Positions 13,670 through 29,097 of a stretch of 64,000 nucleotides of DNA are shown here, piece after piece. Made by a program: the position numbers and the translations under genes. Origin of the DNA: Eledone cirrhosa (lineage: Eukaryota). The stretch is from the NCBI GenBank assembly GCA_964016885.1, contig OZ024742.1, forward strand, positions 343,976,001-344,040,000. Reading direction: 5' to 3'. Each line of letters starts with the position of its first letter. Positions within the stretch are counted from its first letter, which is position 1. Under the pieces are notes generated by a model that was given only the letters and a program-made list of their open reading frames with translations, was not told the DNA's origin and made no database searches.

Positions 13670-16600
13670 ATTAGAAAGTGAGGTTTTTTTTACAAAATGA
13701 AAAATAACCGAGGTGTCCTACACGAGTGGAAGTATAAAGAAAAAGGGATGAAATCGAAAATGCAACTGAAGTCTTATTTGACTGTTGTCATTATGGAGGC
13801 TGAAAAATATAAAAATTCTATGTTCTCTCTCTTACAAAATGCTAATTACTATGAAAGAGTAAAAACTACCAGCAATCAAAAATAATGACCAAATTAAACA
13901 CACTGATTTATCGATACCAGGAAGACCTAACTAAAAAGGAACGCGATTATTTAACAAATTTTGAATACAAAACCAGCAACCTTTACGGACTTCCGAAGAT
14001 CCACAAATGTAAAATAATCAACGATGCCTGTAAACAATCCACCTCAGCCTGCGTGAACACACAATACCCCACAGACCTTAAATTAAGACCAATTGTAGCG
14101 GGCCCACAATGTGAAACACACAGATTGAGCAACTTTATAGACATACTACTGAAACCAATACTGAAACACATACCAAGCCTTGTAAGAGACGATCTGGACC
14201 TCTTAAACCACCTCCCCAAACATGTCAACAACGACACTATTATTGTGTCTTTCGATGTAGTGAATCTCTACACTACACAACGATCCCACACCAATACGGA
14301 CTAGAAGCAATAGGATTCTGGCTAGAGAAATATCCCAATGAGATACCTGACAGAATAGAAAAAAGCTTCATCACCGAGGGATTAAAATTCATCCTACAGA
14401 ACAACTTTTTTGATTTCGATGGCAATACTTACAAGCAAATATCGGGGACTGCGATGGGCACAAAAGCCGCTTCAACTTATGCCAACTTAGTCATGGCATA
14501 CTTAGAAGTCCAGATATATGAACAGTCCAAATCAAAATACGGATTGAACTTCCACAAATATTTATCAGAGAATTGGAAACGCTACTTGGATGATTGCCTC
14601 ATTCTTTGGTCCCACACACTCGACCAACTGAAGGATTTCAAAAACTTAATAAACGGCATCAATAACCACATCCAATTCACAATGGAATACAGCCAAGATC
14701 AACTCCCATTTCTGGACATCTTAATCACAAAAAAGACACAAATATCGAAACTGACATACACTACAAACCAACAGATTCCAAACAATATCTGCTATTCACC
14801 TCCAACCATCCAAAGCACACAAAGACGAACATTCCTTTTAACCTAGCAAGAAGAATTTGCACAATTGTCTCCAATTATGAAACGCGAAATAAAAGACTTC
14901 AAGAATTAAAGGAAATTCTACTTGAGAGAGAGTACCCACTATTACTAATAAATAATGGAATAGAAAGGGCTAAAGCAATAGGCATTGATGAATTACGGAA
15001 ACAGAAACAAATTCAAGGTACGTCCAATATTCTATCATATATCTCAACACACAACCCAAGAAATGCGGAAGCTTACAACACTATTCACAATAACATCCCA
15101 CTACTAAAACAAAACCCAAGAATGAAAAAAGCCCTTGAAACACACAAAATAATCGAAAGCAAAAGACAACCAAAATCACTGAAAACATTACTCACCAATG
15201 CCAAATTACCTACCACAAACCCACAACCAAGTATCAAAAAATGTGGTCGCTCTAATTGTGGAACCTGCACTCACCTCATTGAAGGCAACACGTATACATT
15301 TAAATCAGGACAAAATTTTACTGTAAAAAATCACTTCACTTGCTCATCAAAAAATCTAATTTATGCCATTAAATGTAAAGGATGCAATGAAGATTATATA
15401 GGACAAACTAAACTCACACTCAGAAACAGAATGACAGTTCATCGCCAACAATTACGAGATCCAACCACGAGACAGATACCACTAAGTGCATATCTAGACA
15501 TTTGCGCAAGTAATAAGACACCCAAATTCCAAGTCTTCCCATTTTACCTTTGCGCTAACAATACAACAGAACAAATGCGAATAAATAAGGAAAATATGTT
15601 TATTCAAAAATATAGACCAACATTAAATAAGGTTTAATATACATTATGTCAACACCACAATATGACATACACACACACACATAACACCTTCTACTTTAGA
15701 AAATAAAAACCCGAACTAAATAAACCTTAACATACGTTTGCACTGGCAATACAACAGCAAACACGAAGAAGTCAGGAAAATATGTTCATTCAAAAATATT
15801 CCTACTAAAGGAATCATTTTCCTACACACACACATACACACACACACAATATATATATATATATATATATTCTCTTCATCTTAACATGCTAACCATACTC
15901 CCACACACATAACACCCATACACACACATAACAACCCCCACACCTACAACACCCTCCCCATTTCTACTAATAGAACCACTTTCCTACACACATATATATA
16001 TACACACACACAAAATATATATTCTCTCCATCTAACATACTCGCACACACACACATAACACCCATATACACACACACACAACTCCCTCCCCCATCTCTAC
16101 TAATAGAATCATCTTCCAATACACACATACACACACACACACATATACACACACACAAGCACACAAATAAACACATATCTTCAGTCTCAATAGAAAATCT
16201 GAACTCTGACACCTGAACTCTGACAGCTGGCCATATTCACTGAACCAGAACATTTCTCCCAATCCCTTTTCCCTTGACCACTATCTCTCCATTGTCATAA
16301 CATTCACTATAAAGACTACAGAATAGTTTTCCAAATAAGGGCGCAAAAATGTAATGAAAACTTGTTCACGTGACAGACAAATTTCATTTATAACCAACCA
16401 AAAAAAAGCCTTCGTGAGCCTCATTTTTTCAAGTAAAAAGAAATTCAAACACTCATATATGAAAAAACAACCTGTGACAACCCCCCCCCCTCTCTTATTT
16501 GAAGAACTATTGTAACGCGAACTGGCGCGAAATATAATTATTGACAAACCAATCAAATTACTTCTCGAAAAACCTGGCTTTCGAGCCACTTTTTCCATAT

Positions 16601-16772
16601 AAAACAAGTAACATTTAGAGACCAACCAGATGTGAGAAAAACCACAGACCCTCCATCTCAACTCACATTTTGAAAAGCAGAAGAACTGCGAAACCGGTAA
16701 AGGAACCAAATAAATATATATATTTAAAAAAAAAATAAGACTTCAGTTGCATTTTCGATTTCATCCCTTTTT

Positions 16773-16778
<6 letters not shown>
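13670..16778 (+). mobile_element. Neptune-type Penelope-like element, frameshifted, with inverted 5' pLTR fragment
   Basis: LYGLPKIHK, LRPIVAGP, SFDVVNLYT, GTAMGTK, RYLDDC, KCGRSNCGTC, NLIYAIKCKGCNEDYIGQT (stop 15637); 13733-13779 is the reverse complement of 16733-16778; flanked by (TA)n. Confidence 0.92.
16668..16701 (+). ncRNA. Minimal hammerhead ribozyme (U3-A8) in Neptune pLTR
   Basis: tt-TTGAAAA-gca.gaagaac.tgc-GAAA-ccgg-TA-aa. Confidence 0.65.
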
Positions 16779-16843
<65 letters not shown>

Positions 16844-17121
16844 TATATATGCAAATATATATATTAATCATCGCTATTAATATGCAAATTAATCCGCCCA
16901 TTTCACGATACTGCCATAAGCGCCAGCGTATATAAGGCCCTCCATTCCGTTTTGCTTTGTGGTTGTTTAGCTGATATGCTGTAAAGCCTAGTCAGATTTG
17001 AACACCGGATAAAAATATCTATCATCTCTTTTTCAAGGAAATACGTATTTGCCATGTTTACATGGCTCTATGCTAAACATGTGTAACATTATATTCACAT
17101 TTACGCAGTTTTGATTACTTC

Positions 17122-17186
<65 letters not shown>

Positions 17187-17201
17187 TAGATATATATATA
17201 T

Positions 17202-17385
17202 AACGAAGGAAATGTGGTAAGGAATCAGATGGACCATAACGCACCAAAGTACTCAATACTTAGGGTAGTAGAGTGGGTAATAGGAACAAGTATGACCCCA
17301 ACGGCAGAGGTCAAGCCGTTTCGAGTCCAGAACTAACCGTCGAAACGGCTTGAGCTCTGCCGTCGGAGTCATACTTGTTCCTATA
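17202..17385 (-). mobile_element. Short PLE-like terminus with fold-back hairpin (17281-17383) built on HHR stem III
   Basis: GAAACGGC-ttgagctct-GCCGTC-gg half-ribozyme on both arms; homologous to 31953-32160, 39022-39204 and 53400-53512. Confidence 0.7.
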
Positions 17386-17399
17386 TATATATATATAGG

Positions 17400-17479
<80 letters not shown>

Positions 17480-17552
17480 AAGGTTGCGATAAATGCGTCC
17501 GTAGGCGGTATGCCGTTTGAGCACTCGATGCTCGCGCAGAGCAGAGTATATT

Positions 17553-17664
17553 ATTATAGATAACGAGGAATCAGTGATGCATCAAAACACAATTTATTAA
17601 CATATTACATATGTTAATAAATTGTGTTACGATGCATCACTGATTCCTCGTTATCTATAATATA
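17553..17664. repeat. ~110-bp palindrome
   Basis: ttatagataacgaggaatcagtgatgcatc..aacat / atgtt..gatgcatcactgattcctcgttatctataa. Confidence 0.85.
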
Positions 17665-17679
17665 TGTATATATATATAT

Positions 17680-18985
<1,306 letters not shown>

Positions 18986-19398
18986 CACTAGACTTTAGCA
19001 AACATGGAATCGTGTATCTGTGGCCTATCAACTTATGCAAATTTCTTGACATAATTGTGTCAACATCTGATGATATTGTGCCAATTGCTGATGTAATGAT
19101 TGCATAACGGCTGTACACTGGTGTCACTGAAATATGTATTGTGCCATAAATAGGATTATGTAAGCATCTGTCTTAACGATATTTCATACCAAAAAATTCC
19201 GTCGCGTTTGATCGCCATTGATGCTGAATATATACGACACATGTGGGGTGCTTTAACCTGCTTACTCCTGTTTATTAACGAAACGTTGCAACGCAACTAT
19301 TACGGTTAACCACCCCATTAGCAACTACATATATATATATATATAACTACAGACACACACACACACACACACACACCCACACACACCCACCCACACAC

Positions 19399-19526
<128 letters not shown>

Positions 19527-19540
19527 GCGCGCGCGTGCGT

Positions 19541-19569
<29 letters not shown>

Positions 19570-19571
<2 letters not shown>

Positions 19572-20145
19572 CGTTATTCCGGGTTGAATCGGAGGTAACC
19601 ACAGTAAGTAAGGTACTCAATACATTGCAGAGTATAACAGTTTTTATATATAGATGAGATTCTACAGGACTAGAACTGTTTCATTCTTTAGAAATCATCA
19701 GGAATCTGGGTATCAAAAAATAAATATGGTATTTATAGGTCTCTACAAGTGGTAGGAGAGGGTGGGGAGTGGGATGGGTGTAGGTCATTGGTTGATAGAA
19801 AAGGGAATTCATTAAAAGCTAATTCTACAAAGCTATAGTTTATTTTTATTTTTTATTTTTATTAATTTTTGTTTTTAGAGTAACAAAGGCAGACCACCCC
19901 CAAAACATCACTGATAACCTAGTAAAAAGCGTCTCTATTAGAATATCTGGCCTCTCCGCCAACAAAGATATTTTTAATGCATCTGCCTCCTACTACAATG
20001 ACGCCCTCGCCCGTAGCGGATTTAAAGATAAGATAACTTACCTAGAAACCACCGCAAGATTGCAGAGGAGGAATAGACATAGGCAGATTAGCTGATACAA
20101 CCCTCCCTTCAATAGAGAGGTATCTACTCCGATAGCTAGGATTTT
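19570..20145. mobile_element. Inverted Naiad-type PLE fragment: pLTR on minus (19570-19875) joined to RT thumb fragment on plus (19880-20145)
   Basis: Plus strand DHPQNITDNLVKSVSIRISGLSANKDIFNASASYYNDALARSGF..YNPPFN resembles the 43159 ORF; HHR on minus. Confidence 0.75.
19657..19707 (-). ncRNA. Type-I hammerhead ribozyme
   Basis: agattc-CTGATGA-tttc.taaa.gaat-GAAA-cag.ttctagtc.ctg-TA-gaatct; 6-bp stem I. Confidence 0.85.
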
Positions 20146-20660
20146 AATTAGTTAGTAAACGGAATCAATCTTTACCGATGCAGCTTAGGGCACAAAAAAT
20201 TGACGCATGTGCAGATAGACCAGCGAAGTAAATATTTGTATATCACGGACAATGTGTTCAAAATGACGCTAGCAATAGCTCACAATATAACCCGTCTATC
20301 AAATCGACAATTAAAGAGTAGATAATCTCATACAGCAGGTTATTTGTCGCCAATAGACTCAAAGAAAAGATCATTAAAATATATCTAACTCAGAGAACTA
20401 TATATATATATAGAATAACTTATACGAAGATATTAGTGAAGTTTTTTTTGTTTTAGAGTGCTTTACTAGGAATCTACTCCTTAGTGGGTTTATCTCTGTG
20501 TGAGTTTATATATATGTATGTGTTTTTCTCTGTGCGTGTGCGTGTATGTGTGTTTCTGTGTGCGTCTGTGTGTATGGGTGTGTGTGTGTTTCTGTGTGTG
20601 TGTGTATGTGTGTGCGTGTATGTGTGTGTATGTGTGTGTTTCTGTGTGTGTCTGTGTGTG

Positions 20661-20716
<56 letters not shown>

Positions 20717-20959
20717 TGTGAATCTGTGTCTACTTATTTCCCCAACTTAGCGGTTCTACAAAAACAAAATAATAAATAAAAAAATCGATAAAATAATTAT
20801 TGGCCTTGAAAAAAGAAATGTACCTGGGTAGGTATAACCGACTGAATGAAAACAGTCCTCCAGCATGGCCAAAGTCCAATGGTTGAAATTACATATTTAA
20901 ACCTCGGTAACACATTGACTGGTGGCCAATATTGAAACAAGTAATGACAGGCATTATAT

Positions 20960-21242
20960 TATTGGCAGTATCGATAGAGAGTCGGACACCATGCTTTGAA
21001 GCATAGAGTTACGTCCCTTTATGATCTGAGTTCAAATCCCGCCGAGGTTAACTTTGCCTTTCATCCTTACGGGGTCGATAAAATAAAGTACCAGTAATGT
21101 ACTGGGTAATTGCTGGCCTTGTGCCTAAAATAGAAACAATTATATTGAAAGATTAACTTTGCCTTTCATCCTCGATAAAATAAAGTACCAGTAATGCACT
21201 GGGATAATTGCTGGCCTTGTCCCAATAGTAGAAACAATTATA
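20960..21242 (+). mobile_element. tRNA-derived SINE with partial tandem duplication
   Basis: tggcagtatcgatagag (A-box), gagttcaaatccc (B-box), gcctttcatccttacggggtcgataaa core, tggccttgtg..tagaaacaatt tail. Confidence 0.8.
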
Positions 21243-22152
21243 TTGGGGGATGGAGTAATGTGGGACTGTTGAAGCTCGTTCCAAGCTGAAAACGTAACAA
21301 TTCAACTGTTTGTAGTTAAGGAAGAACAACATAGACAACAAACAAACGACTAAGAAACTCCTCAATTTATCTTTAGTTCATAGAACCGTTTACAACAAGA
21401 AAACGACAGCGATTCAGAATATCTTCTTGTTTGATGATTTAACTAACAATGAGGTACTAATAAAGACAACAACAATAACAGCAACAATAACTACAGCAGT
21501 GGCAACAAAAGCAATAATAATAACAAACGCCACATGTCTTACTTCCGTTCTCTCACTGAAGACTGCAGCGAATAATTCTTCAGTATCTTCGGCATAAAAC
21601 AAAGCCATATTTTTATATTGTCTGTGATATTGCGTGTCTTTTAATTAGCTAATATTCTTCGTGAAGGACTTTATGGATGAAGCAAGCTGAGTTAGGGGGT
21701 GGGTTTACAAAGGGAAACAGTATAGGAATGAGTGACGTAGGGAAAGAAAGAGAAAGAAAGAGAAAGAGAGGAAACGATTATGGGTAAAAAAGAAGAGAAA
21801 GAGAGAATGAGAGAGAAAGTGAGAAAGAAAGAGATAGAAAGAGAGAAAGAGTGAGAGAGAGAAGTAGATAGGGAGAGAGAGAAAGAAAGAGGAAGAGAGA
21901 GAGGAGACATACATAGAGAGAGAAGGAAAGAGGGAGAGAGAGAGAGAGATTGGAATAGATAGAAATGTAGGCAAAAATGAAGGAGAAAAATATTTATAAA
22001 ATGAGAGGAAAGAATGTTTCTTTCTAAAGAGAAAAGCAAAGTTCTTCCTGGTGAAGGGATTAAGAGTTTAGTCGAGATAATGACATTCCATTATTACAAG
22101 TCCAAAGAAAAGTCGTAGAGTTGTATATTTCTCTTTATATTTCTCCCTCTCC

Positions 22153-22206
<54 letters not shown>

Positions 22207-22220
22207 AGAGAGAGAGAGAG

Positions 22221-22254
<34 letters not shown>

Positions 22255-22297
22255 ATTTAAAGAGCTATGCACAAACATAAACATGTATATATGTATG

Positions 22298-22365
<68 letters not shown>

Positions 22366-22892
22366 TATAGGTGTGCGTGTTTGTTGTATATATAAATATA
22401 TATATATATAGAGAGAGAGATAGTATAGATAGATGTATCTATACGCAGGTAAATACACATGTACATAATACAATAGCGTGATAATGGATAATGGATGATG
22501 ACATTGCTGAATACAAGACAAGCCTCACACCATGGGTTTCAAGGAATGAACGTATTATTGGAATATGTATGAATATATTTCAATATATAATAACAATAAA
22601 CTGATCCAACAAATAAGATTCCACAGATATGATGTAGGCAGGATTCACAATTGGTATATAATGACACGGCAGGTTTAATAACAATTATTATAATTAAAAT
22701 TCTTTGAATTCTTGATGGTTATCGACGTTGGTCAGTGATATGATGATGATTATTCTACCTGGTCAGTTTTCAGGCAACGGTCAACTGGTTCGTAAATGGA
22801 CACAGACACAGGCACACATATATACGTATATATATATGTATGTAATATATATATGTGTGTATATATATATATATATGAACATATATAAGATC

Positions 22893-23600
<708 letters not shown>

Positions 23601-23984
23601 TTTTATATATATATATATATATATACATATACAACACACACACATATATATATATATATATAAACACACACGCACACACACACATATATATATATATATA
23701 TAAACACATTTATATACATATATATATATAAATGAAGTAATTCCGTTGGAATATATTATATATATGTACACACACACACACACATATATATATATACTCA
23801 CACACACACACATATATATATATATGTATACTATTAGATTTCACATGTAATTAGACATGTACCTAAGGCAGTGGCATTCCCTATCTTACTCAATGATTAA
23901 CTGAAATAAATTCTAGAAACAGTAAACTACTCATACAGATTCAGTGGTATGATGAGAATATATTATATATATATATATATAATT

Positions 23985-24205
23985 ATGGTTTCTTATATAG
24001 GCACAAGGCCAGCAATTTTTGGGGGAGGGGGAAAGTCGATAAAATCGACCACAGAGCGTGACTGGTACTTGATTTTTTCGACCACGTAAGGATGAAAGGC
24101 AAAGTTAACCTTGGCGGGATTTGAACTCAGACCATAAAGGCCCGTAACTCTTTGCTGCAAAGCATGGCGTCCGACCCTCTACTGATCCTGCCAATTCATC
24201 GCCCA
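23985..24205 (-). mobile_element. tRNA-derived SINE, near full length
   Basis: Same family as 11248-11400. Confidence 0.8.
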
Positions 24206-24261
24206 TACTTTGAGCTTGTTAATCACAGGGTATCAATATGAGTTATTAACTGTGCTTTATT

Positions 24262-24314
<53 letters not shown>

Positions 24315-25005
24315 ATATACTATAAAGTATGTCCATAGAATCATTTGATAATATATATACCATTTCCTCTCCCAATTAGCATAATCAACCACATAAAAAA
24401 TCAATTAGACCAGGCCATAAGATTTAAAGGGACCTATGAAGGAATATTAGATAAATAAACGACTGCAATCTCTTCGCGGCCGACCACCATAGAATATTTA
24501 CCCAACATTTCAACAGCACGTGGAAGTCGTCTAAATATACCGTCAACCATACACAATTAGGTATAAAATTAAAGGTAGAAGAAATGCGTACACACTTACC
24601 AGGATTATGTCTCTACTCTCGGTTTTCGATAGCATTTTGAGATATCCTATTAAGGATAAAATCTCGAGCTTCGAACTCGTCAGGAAACAAACTCATAGGA
24701 CAAGTAATTTTCTAAAGTTATCCCCGCCAGAAACAAATTCAAAATGGCTAAGAATCGTGACGTGGCAGTGGCCAAGTCAGAAAGAATGTGATTGGTTGTT
24801 TACGGCGAGTGGGCTGGTTGCTAGAAAGCGCAACCCAATATTGCCCAAATTGCATCTCAACCTAATGGGAGATTATTAAATATAAAGATTTACATATACA
24901 CAAACTAAACAAAGTCACAGATATATGTTTTTGTTTTGGCAACCATTCACGATGTGGCTCAATGATGAATTAATAAATTAAATAATCAGAGCAATATACT
25001 ATATT

Positions 25006-25137
<132 letters not shown>

Positions 25138-26076
25138 AAAGAATAGAGGTGTAACACACAAGTTATTATATATTGGTAAACGGAATAGAAAATGCTGACA
25201 AATTGTTCACAGTTGAAAAATGGTTTAATTAGGAATAAAAGAGTATTAGTGATTGTATGGGTTAGTATTCAGTTGTGGTTTTAAGTTTTTAAGTTTTTAC
25301 CGGTTGCGCATTTCTAAATGCTTTTCAAAAATAATTTTGAGATAGAGTGTCCGTGCTGTTTGCTCTGATCTGATTAGTTTTGGGAATTCTACCTGTTTTT
25401 ATGTTAAAAAAATGGCTCCAGCGTTATTTTTGTGTTGCAAAAATGCTTGTGGTCAAAACAATTTTGATTGGTCGGTAGAGGTCATGTGAATGTAAAAAGT
25501 TGATTTTGCGCCAAGACTGTTTTTATGTTAAAATGTTAGAAAAGTGGCTCCAGCAAAAATTATGGTCAAAACAATTTTGATTGGTCGGTAGAGGTCATGT
25601 GGATAAAAAATTGGTTTTGCGCCAAGATTGAGAAATGACTCTTTCACAACAAATGTGTGTGTGTGTGTGTGTGTGTGTGTAGTAGTAGTAGTAAGGTGTT
25701 CGATGCTGCGACAATAGCCACCAGCGATGTGTGTCAAATGGCTATTAAGATAAGTGTGTGTGTGTGTGTGTGTGTGTGTGCGTACATACACACAGCAGAG
25801 TCATTCGAAGGTCAAAAGATATTTTTCAGCTTTTGTCTTATACGGAGAAGTGCGTGTGTGTGTGTGTGTGTGTATAAGTCTCTTTGTATGTTGATGTACG
25901 CGTGTGTATATGTTTGTGTATATATGTGTGTGTGTGTGTGTGTGCGTGTGTGGGTGGACCAGTATTTTTTTCCCCCCTGGTAAAATGGTGTACATTATTC
26001 GATTTTTTCAGTAAAATCGGTTCTCTTAATAGAACATCAACAATCTTAACAATAAAGGGTGTGAAATGATATTCAC

Positions 26077-26119
<43 letters not shown>

Positions 26120-26299
26120 TTTCACTACATATATATATATATATATACATATATACATACATATATATGCACATATATTTTTTTGTATTGCACCATAGAG
26201 CATGTGTGTTTACGTGTGTCATTGTGTTTATATGTGGGTAGAGATGTGTGCTGATGTAGGTATGTATGTTGACGTGTGTATGTTGTGGGTTCGTCTTAG

Positions 26300-27988
26300 G
26301 GAGAAGTGTTTAGACGGGGTCCGTATTTGTTAATGAAGTAAGATTCCTTGCTGATGCGCTGGGTGTGGGTGGCATTATCTTTAAATTTGTAGAGGGGAAA
26401 GATCCTGAAGTTGGGATGATTTTGGGCGGCGCAGGTATCAATGTGTTCACTCAGTGGTATTTTCCTGTATTACCGTATTTTAATTTGGGATCTATGGACA
26501 GTCATGCGTTGGCGGAGGCTGTTTTTGGTCTGGCCTATGTATTGTTCTCGACAACCTGAACAAGTTAATACATATATTAAATTTTCCGATGCACATGTGA
26601 AATTGTGTTTTACTATAAAACGTTGTCCATCTTTGAAATAGAATTCCGAACCCTCTATTAGGTTGATGCAAATGCCACAGTTGGGTCTATCGCATTTTTT
26701 TTACTGTGGGTTTCGTTGTTGTGGTTGGCAGTACTTTGGCATGTGTTAAGATGTTTTTCATTGACTTGGATTGTCTTTTGCTCTTTATGATATCGTGTGT
26801 TCGTAGAATTTGGTTCATTCTATGGTCCTTTTTCAATACAGGGATGTTCTGGAGGATGGTGTCAAAGGCCTCGTTGTTGAGGGGGTTGTGTGTGGAGATG
26901 TATGGAAGAGCTTTTAGTTTTGGTTGATTTACTTTAGGGTGTCTAAGGTCCTGGGTACTGAGTTTTAGGGCACGTTGGATTCCATTGTCAATTAGTGATG
27001 CAGGGTAGTCCCTGCCTATGAGTGTGTCCTTTAGTTCTTGTAGCCGTAAGTAGCAGATGTTTTTATTGGAGACTATAGTACAGATTCTCTTGGCTAAGTT
27101 GTAGGGAATATTAATTTTAACGTGTCTAGGGTGGCAAGAGTTGAAGGGGAGGTATTGCTTGGAGTCTGTGGGCTTGTAGTATATGTCTGTTTCTATTTTT
27201 TTGTTATGGATCTTAATGAGGATGTCGAGGAAGGGGAGTTGTTGATGGCTGTATTCCATCGTGAAGTTAATATTTGTGTTGAGCCCATTTATAAGGGTGT
27301 GAAATTCTTTAAGTTTTTCGATGTTTTCGTGCCAAAGGATGAAGCAGTCATCAAGATATCGCTTCCAGTTCCTTTCAATGTGTAAGTGGAGGGTGTTTCC
27401 AAATTTGTTTAGGACTTTAGTGTAGAGGGTGATTTCCAGGTATCCCATGACTAGGTTGGCATACGTAGGGGCTGTTTTCGTTCCCATAGCGGTCCCAGAT
27501 TTCTGCCTGTAGGGTTTGTTATTGAAAACGAAGTAATTGTTCTCCAAGATAAATTTGAGTCCCTCTATCACGAATTCTTTTTTGATGCGTTGTGGGAGTT
27601 CATTGTGGAAGTTATCCAGCCAGAATTGGATAGCTTCTATTCCTAGGTTGTGGGGGATGTTGGAGTATAGGTTGACTACATCGAACGTCACTAGTAGGGT
27701 TTGTTCAGAAAGTGGCATATTAGGGAGGTGATTGAGCATATCTAGGTCGTCCCTTATATAGCTTTTGATGTGCTTGAGGAAGGGTTTGAGAAGGGTATCA
27801 ATGAAGTTGCTAAGACGGTGCGTTTCGCAAGCGGGGCCTGCTATTATAGGTCTTAATTTGAGATCATTGGGTGAGGGGACATTGATGACTATGTCTGTGG
27901 CTTCCTTGCATGCCTTACTGATTGATTCGCTTTTATGTACTTTAGGGATACCGTAGAAAAGGCTGGATTTACTTGTGAAGTCTGTGAT
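26300..27988 (-). pseudogene. Neptune PLE reverse transcriptase + GIY-YIG endonuclease (frameshift near 26695)
   Basis: FYGIPKVHK, LRPIIAGP, TFDVVNLYSNI, GTAMGTKTAPTYAN, WKRYLDDCF; after a shift in an A-run: CDRPNCGIC..NLIYVLTCSGCREQYIGQT. Confidence 0.9.
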
Positions 27989-28076
27989 GGTGCAATACAA
28001 AAAAATATATGTGCATATATATGTATGTATATATGTATATATATATATATATATGTAGTGAAAAAATATATATATA

Positions 28077-28108
<32 letters not shown>

Positions 28109-28500
28109 GTGAATATCATTTCACACCCTTTATTGTTAAGATTGTTGATGTTCTATTAAGAGAACCGATTTTACTGAAAAAATCGAATAATGTACACCAT
28201 TTTACCAGGGGGGAAAAAAATACTGGTCCACCCACACACGCACACACACACACACATATATATACACAAACACATACACACGCGTACATCAACATACAAA
28301 GAGACTTATACACACACACACACACACACGCACTTCTCCGTATAAGACAAAAGCTGAAAAATATCTTTTGACCTTCGAATGACTCTGCTGTATGTATGTA
28401 CGCACGCACACACACACACACACACACACTTATCTTAATAGCCATTTGACACACATCGCTGGTGGCTATTGTCGCAGCATCGAACACCTTACTACTACTA

Positions 28501-28550
<50 letters not shown>

Positions 28551-29097
28551 TTGTTGTGAAAGAGTCATTTCTCAATCTTGGCGCAAAACCAATTTTTTAT
28601 CCACATGACCTCTACCGACCAATCAAAATTGTTTTGACCATAATTTTTGCTGGAGCCACTTTTCTAACATTTTAACATAAAAACAGTCTTGGCGCAAAAT
28701 CAACTTTTTACATTCACATGACCTCTACCGACCAATCAAAATTGTTTTGACCACAAGCATTTTTGCAACACAAAAATAACGCTGGAGCCATTTTTTTAAC
28801 ATAAAAACAGGTAGAATTCCCAAAACTAATCAGATCAGAGCAAACAACACGGACACTCTATCTCAAAATTATTTTTGAAAAGCATTTAGAAATGCGCAAC
28901 CGGTAAAAACTTAAAAACTTAAAACCACAACTGAATACTAACCCATACAATCACTAATACTCTTTTATTCCTAATTAAACCATTTTTCAACTGTGAACAA
29001 TTTGTCAGCATTTTCTATTCCGTTTACCAATATATAATAACTTGTGTGTTACACCTCTATTCTTTTAACTATCATATCCTCACACGAGATACAGAAA

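Noticed and set aside
20960-21050. tRNA-like A/B boxes
   Set aside because: SINE heads that run into shared core and tail sequence; no cloverleaf
24390-24960. Unique stretch with CCAAT, CRE-like and X-box-like motifs (possible host promoter)
   Set aside because: Short motifs only; no adjacent exon or ORF support
28436-28490. Possible HDV-like pseudoknot (ATAGCCA/TGGCTAT)
   Set aside because: Lacks the P3/L3 and J4/2 consensus, and pairing is partly broken in the 18250 copy
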